Below are positions 28,694-32,000 of a stretch of DNA of 32,000 nucleotides, in pieces. The notes beneath the pieces are model-generated. The model was given only the letters and a program-made list of their open reading frames with translations, ran no database searches and was not told where the DNA came from. A program made the translations under genes and the position numbers. The stretch comes from Amoeboradix gromovi X-113 (taxonomy: Eukaryota > Fungi > Sanchytriomycota), in contig JADGIF010000022.1 in assembly GCA_018985225.1 (NCBI GenBank), forward strand, positions 6,172 to 38,171, given 5' to 3'. How positions within the stretch are numbered: position 1 is the first letter of the stretch; each line of letters begins with the position of its first letter.

Positions 28694-29785
28694 ATGAAAA
28701 TTTCTGAAAATTTAAAAATACGATTACAAATCTTAAATTCTAAAGCACAAGCCGAAGAGGATATTTTGGAAACTGATTTGCTGTATTTCAGTCAATTAAT
28801 TCAACGCGAATTGCCTAATTACTGTTTGATCAACGATATTTACCTAATCGATTTACTAAATATTCCATTTGATACTGATTTTACTTGCTACAAGGGTTAT
28901 TATACCACAACACCAATTTCCGAGTTATACAACTACTCTCCTAAATCCATGGCAGTAATATTAGGTTGCCTGATTAAAAACGAAATGCAGTTTATAACTT
29001 GGGAAGACTGTTTAAAGAACAAGAATATGGAGAGAATCATATCCTTGTTCAACTTTATTTCAAGGCTGGTTGAACATTCACTTTTCCCTAAAAGCCAAAA
29101 GCAGTTTTTGTTTTGGGAAAAGGTTTGCCAGTTTTTACTGATGGCTAAAAATCTATATGGTCTTAAGTGTGTAGCCTGCGCAATGACTAGCGTAGTAACT
29201 ACAAGGAACTATGATGAGCAAGACTTCAGTGAAGAACTTAAGGTTTTGATTGAATACACTAAGGAAGATAATAATTTTGATAATTTCAGGAAGCTCCATG
29301 TTAATGTCTGCCTTCCGTATATTGGCATATTCATTAAAGACATTGTTTACACCTTTGAACAATGTAAACGCGACTTAGAGGATCCGCGGATGCTGGATTT
29401 AATTAGTGAATTTGAAAACTACAAAGTGGAAGAATTCCCAGGCTGGAATGATTTTGAGTTTACAAACAACGACTATGAAGTTCTCCAAATCGTGTTGTCC
29501 TACAGCAAGGTGTCTGATGAAAAGATATACGATGTTGTCAAAAATCAAACTTTCATGGATAAGCTTTCTGACTTGTCTTCCACATTGCCCAGACCCAACT
29601 CTCGATCTAGGCCGAGTTCTCATGGCTCCTCGAAAGCCAGCTCACCATCTAGACAAAAATCCCTTCACGGAAAAAGCCAATCTGAAAATACAGGTATCAC
29701 GCCCTTAATGATACGTCGTATTTCACAAAAGGCAATGCTTAGTTCAAGCTCTAGATCTGAAATACAAGGAAGCGAAAGAATATGA
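28694..29785 (+). CDS. RasGEF (CDC25-domain) protein
   Basis: IISLFNFISRLV, MAKNLYGL, NNFDNFRK, CLPYIGIFIKDIVY; Ser/Arg-rich tail. Confidence 0.85.
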   Translation: MKISENLKIRLQILNSKAQAEEDILETDLLYFSQLIQRELPNYCLINDIYLIDLLNIPFDTDFTCYKGYYTTTPISELYNYSPKSMAVILGCLIKNEMQFITWEDCLKNKNMERIISLFNFISRLVEHSLFPKSQKQFLFWEKVCQFLLMAKNLYGLKCVACAMTSVVTTRNYDEQDFSEELKVLIEYTKEDNNFDNFRKLHVNVCLPYIGIFIKDIVYTFEQCKRDLEDPRMLDLISEFENYKVEEFPGWNDFEFTNNDYEVLQIVLSYSKVSDEKIYDVVKNQTFMDKLSDLSSTLPRPNSRSRPSSHGSSKASSPSRQKSLHGKSQSENTGITPLMIRRISQKAMLSSSSRSEIQGSERI

Positions 29786-29810
29786 AGTAGAGAATTAATA
29801 AATTTATTAC

Positions 29811-31607
29811 TTATTTCCAGATCTGCCAATTGCTTATCATTCCCATTCCAAATCTCTCTTTCCAGGCCTTCTCTGCCATGAATACGTTTCTTTTTATTTC
29901 CTCTATCGACACCTTTAATGATAAGCTCCACACATGCTCGTTGTGCTTCAGTAAAGAGCCACAAATAAATTCCAAATAGTGTTCAGTGTCTATTATGTGT
30001 GTAAAAAAAGCTACCAGTATATCTATATCTGGTATATATTGCATTCTGGGTGATGCACTCATCTCGCTCATGACTGGATCATTAAATATTAAATCCAGAT
30101 ATTGATGATACCGCATTAATATCTTATCAAAGTCAATATCCTTTGCACTAACTAATGGTGGATAAGCAGACACAGGAGATTGAGGAAGCACTCCTAAATC
30201 AAGTGGCTGCACAACATTTATTGCCTTTATCTTATGTCTTGGAATATCCATTAAGGAAGAATCTCTTTTGGGCTTGTATGGCTCCTTAAAAAAACTATTT
30301 CTGAAGCTCTTTTCAAAGCTGTCTTTTGCATAAAGCAGTGAGCTTCTAAATGACTTGCCTACTGGGCTTAAATCCGGAAAATAAGAAACATTTACGCCAA
30401 AGTCAAGCTCGGTTAGTATTTTGCACCGTGCTTCTCTAGAAAGATCTTTACTTAATAGATTTCCGAGCATTGGAAACCTTTTCCAGATTAACTCATAAAA
30501 GTATTTAAAATTAGACCACAATTCTACTAAATCACAGGATAGAGGACTAATTGAGCTGTATTTTTCAGGCATTACCTTCACAACATGCCTCATAATATGA
30601 TTGTACTTTGAAAATGTATCTAAATCGCTACGAACAAAAAACAAATTCTCTAGTCTCCACAGCTGGTGCTGTATATTGGTCCATGGATCACTCTTGTATA
30701 TTTTACTATACAAAGTATTCACATTCTCTTCTTTGAAATCAAATAACATCAGTATCAACTCCTTGGCAACGGTGGGATCTAACCTATTTGTAAATGTATC
30801 TAGGACAGTACCAGCAACAAATCTATCAGTTTTAGACATGCAAGCAGTTAAATCATCAACAAACCTTTTCGCCGAAATGGTTTCCTTTGTAAATGAGAAC
30901 TTGCATGAACCACACTGAATAGCCGGAACATCGTCAATGCTCGATATCCCTGCCACAGGATTAGTAGGGCAACCACCTTTGCAAGGCTCAGGATTACATG
31001 GAACTGAAGGCCTATTTATTGTTTGAGGTATGAATCGACCTAGCCGAAAAGAAATAAACTCACTAGTTTTTATACTGCAGTCGGCTTCGCAGTTTGGACA
31101 TGGAAGTATCATATTGGTAGTGTTATAGCCTTTCAATCTATAAGGCTCATTAGTGTACGACTCCCACACTTCTACGCTAGCAGAATCATTGTAATCTTGA
31201 CCTTCAGTCCAATTTTGTAAAATTTCCTCAATGGGAATATTAAGAGCCAAACAGAAGTTAGCTCCAAAGAGCCGGAACATATCTTCAAAATATCCATTGA
31301 AATCTAATAACAAATGCATCAACCACATCAATAACACATCTATTGGTGGCAATGTAACCTGAGGTAATGACTTTTGCATTAATGTGAGGAATTTTACATA
31401 CCTATTTTCTGCACGAACTAAGTAATCCAACCAATTGATAGATTGGTGCTGCAAATATGCCGTAGTGTTTGTTAAATCATCATCAACCTCGTAAAAATCA
31501 GCCATTGCAATATGCAATAGAATAAGAAACTTTTTCATGCTTTCACTGCTTAGAGTATCTATCTTCATTAATTCTATTTGGCGCAAACTTTGTGTAAAGT
31601 TAATCAT
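29811..31607 (-). CDS. GRDP/DUF1399-like protein
   Basis: Two repeats of the RYxxFL...PxxDxxxxWxxH-type motif (LPPIDVLLMWLMH, IPDIDILVAFFTH) with CxxC pairs between. First ATG at 31607; true start may be upstream. Confidence 0.7.
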   Translation of the reverse strand: MINFTQSLRQIELMKIDTLSSESMKKFLILLHIAMADFYEVDDDLTNTTAYLQHQSINWLDYLVRAENRYVKFLTLMQKSLPQVTLPPIDVLLMWLMHLLLDFNGYFEDMFRLFGANFCLALNIPIEEILQNWTEGQDYNDSASVEVWESYTNEPYRLKGYNTTNMILPCPNCEADCSIKTSEFISFRLGRFIPQTINRPSVPCNPEPCKGGCPTNPVAGISSIDDVPAIQCGSCKFSFTKETISAKRFVDDLTACMSKTDRFVAGTVLDTFTNRLDPTVAKELILMLFDFKEENVNTLYSKIYKSDPWTNIQHQLWRLENLFFVRSDLDTFSKYNHIMRHVVKVMPEKYSSISPLSCDLVELWSNFKYFYELIWKRFPMLGNLLSKDLSREARCKILTELDFGVNVSYFPDLSPVGKSFRSSLLYAKDSFEKSFRNSFFKEPYKPKRDSSLMDIPRHKIKAINVVQPLDLGVLPQSPVSAYPPLVSAKDIDFDKILMRYHQYLDLIFNDPVMSEMSASPRMQYIPDIDILVAFFTHIIDTEHYLEFICGSLLKHNEHVWSLSLKVSIEEIKRNVFMAEKAWKERFGMGMISNWQIWK

Positions 31608-31876
31608 GAATTTGGAGATTGATTTGATTGGTTTCGAAATGGTAAATGGCAATGGCAAATAAATATTTGCCAGACTTATGATGCCAACACAAAATGTTAT
31701 TTACACCAAATGCTTTGGGAACTTTGAGTCTCAGCTAGATGCAGGATCAAAATGAGCCAGAGAATATGAATAGTAGTGTAGTTTGATGTGTATGACAAGA
31801 TTTGCAAAGAAATTGTTGCTTTTAATTTGTGTAAAGCATCATCATCCGAACTAGAAATTTGTACATTAATGATGTA

Positions 31877-32000
31877 CAAATATAAAAACTGGACTAACTT
31901 TCTATAACAACTTGGAACATTATTTCAGCTTTATTAATATTATGGATTTAAGAGGCGAGTGGACATTCAGCTAGTTGCGGAGTTGACGAGTATAAAAGGA
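31877..32000 (+). mobile_element. 5' end of another TIR/Fanzor1-family element running off the window
   Basis: CAAATATAAAAACTGGACTAACTTTCT (TIR lacking its outer ~12 bp), then ~94 nt differing at only about 6 positions from the reverse complement of 20628-20720. Confidence 0.85.

Noticed and set aside
3433-30918. Numerous short antisense or overlapping ORFs in the track
   Set aside because: They lie opposite or within well-supported genes and show no recognisable motifs.
1-32000. CRISPR array or prokaryotic operon
   Set aside because: No regularly spaced direct repeats; genes and introns are eukaryotic.

Overview
Very compact, AT-rich eukaryotic DNA in the standard genetic code, with about 21 protein genes. 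Intergenic gaps are often only 10-50 bp, and two introns appear to be just 19 nt. Gene content and the LRR-TM family style suggest an early-diverging zoosporic fungus, possibly a sanchytrid (inference only). Host genes include a Sel1-repeat protein, an LRR membrane protein, APC1, PHF5/RDS3 (with an intronic C/D snoRNA candidate), SGT1, a prominin-like protein, GST-zeta, thiolase, a C2CD6-like protein, OLA1, a bS21m-like protein, a class IV aminotransferase, tRNA-Gln, ORM1, an ABC transporter, RAD7, TAD1, a RasGEF and a GRDP-like protein. The main hidden signal, almost invisible in the ORF track, is that most larger intergenic gaps hold decayed Fanzor (eukaryotic TnpB) transposons of two classes. 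(i) Three IS607-like Fanzor2 remnants (8161-8694 +, 18296-18918 -, 28190-28530 -) share a right end with a covarying omegaRNA-like hairpin. Two retain an IS607 TnpA N-terminal fragment, and two end right at a host start codon. (ii) At least five TIR/TA-type Fanzor1 remnants (7737-8160, 14523-~15320, 18919-~19410, 20243-~20725, 31877->32000) share a ~30-bp TIR. In at least two places a Fanzor1 element sits in or against the left end of a Fanzor2 element. No intact nuclease gene lies inside the window. A U5-snRNA-shaped sequence with an altered loop 1 is also noted. All alignments and folds were done by eye and need computational confirmation.
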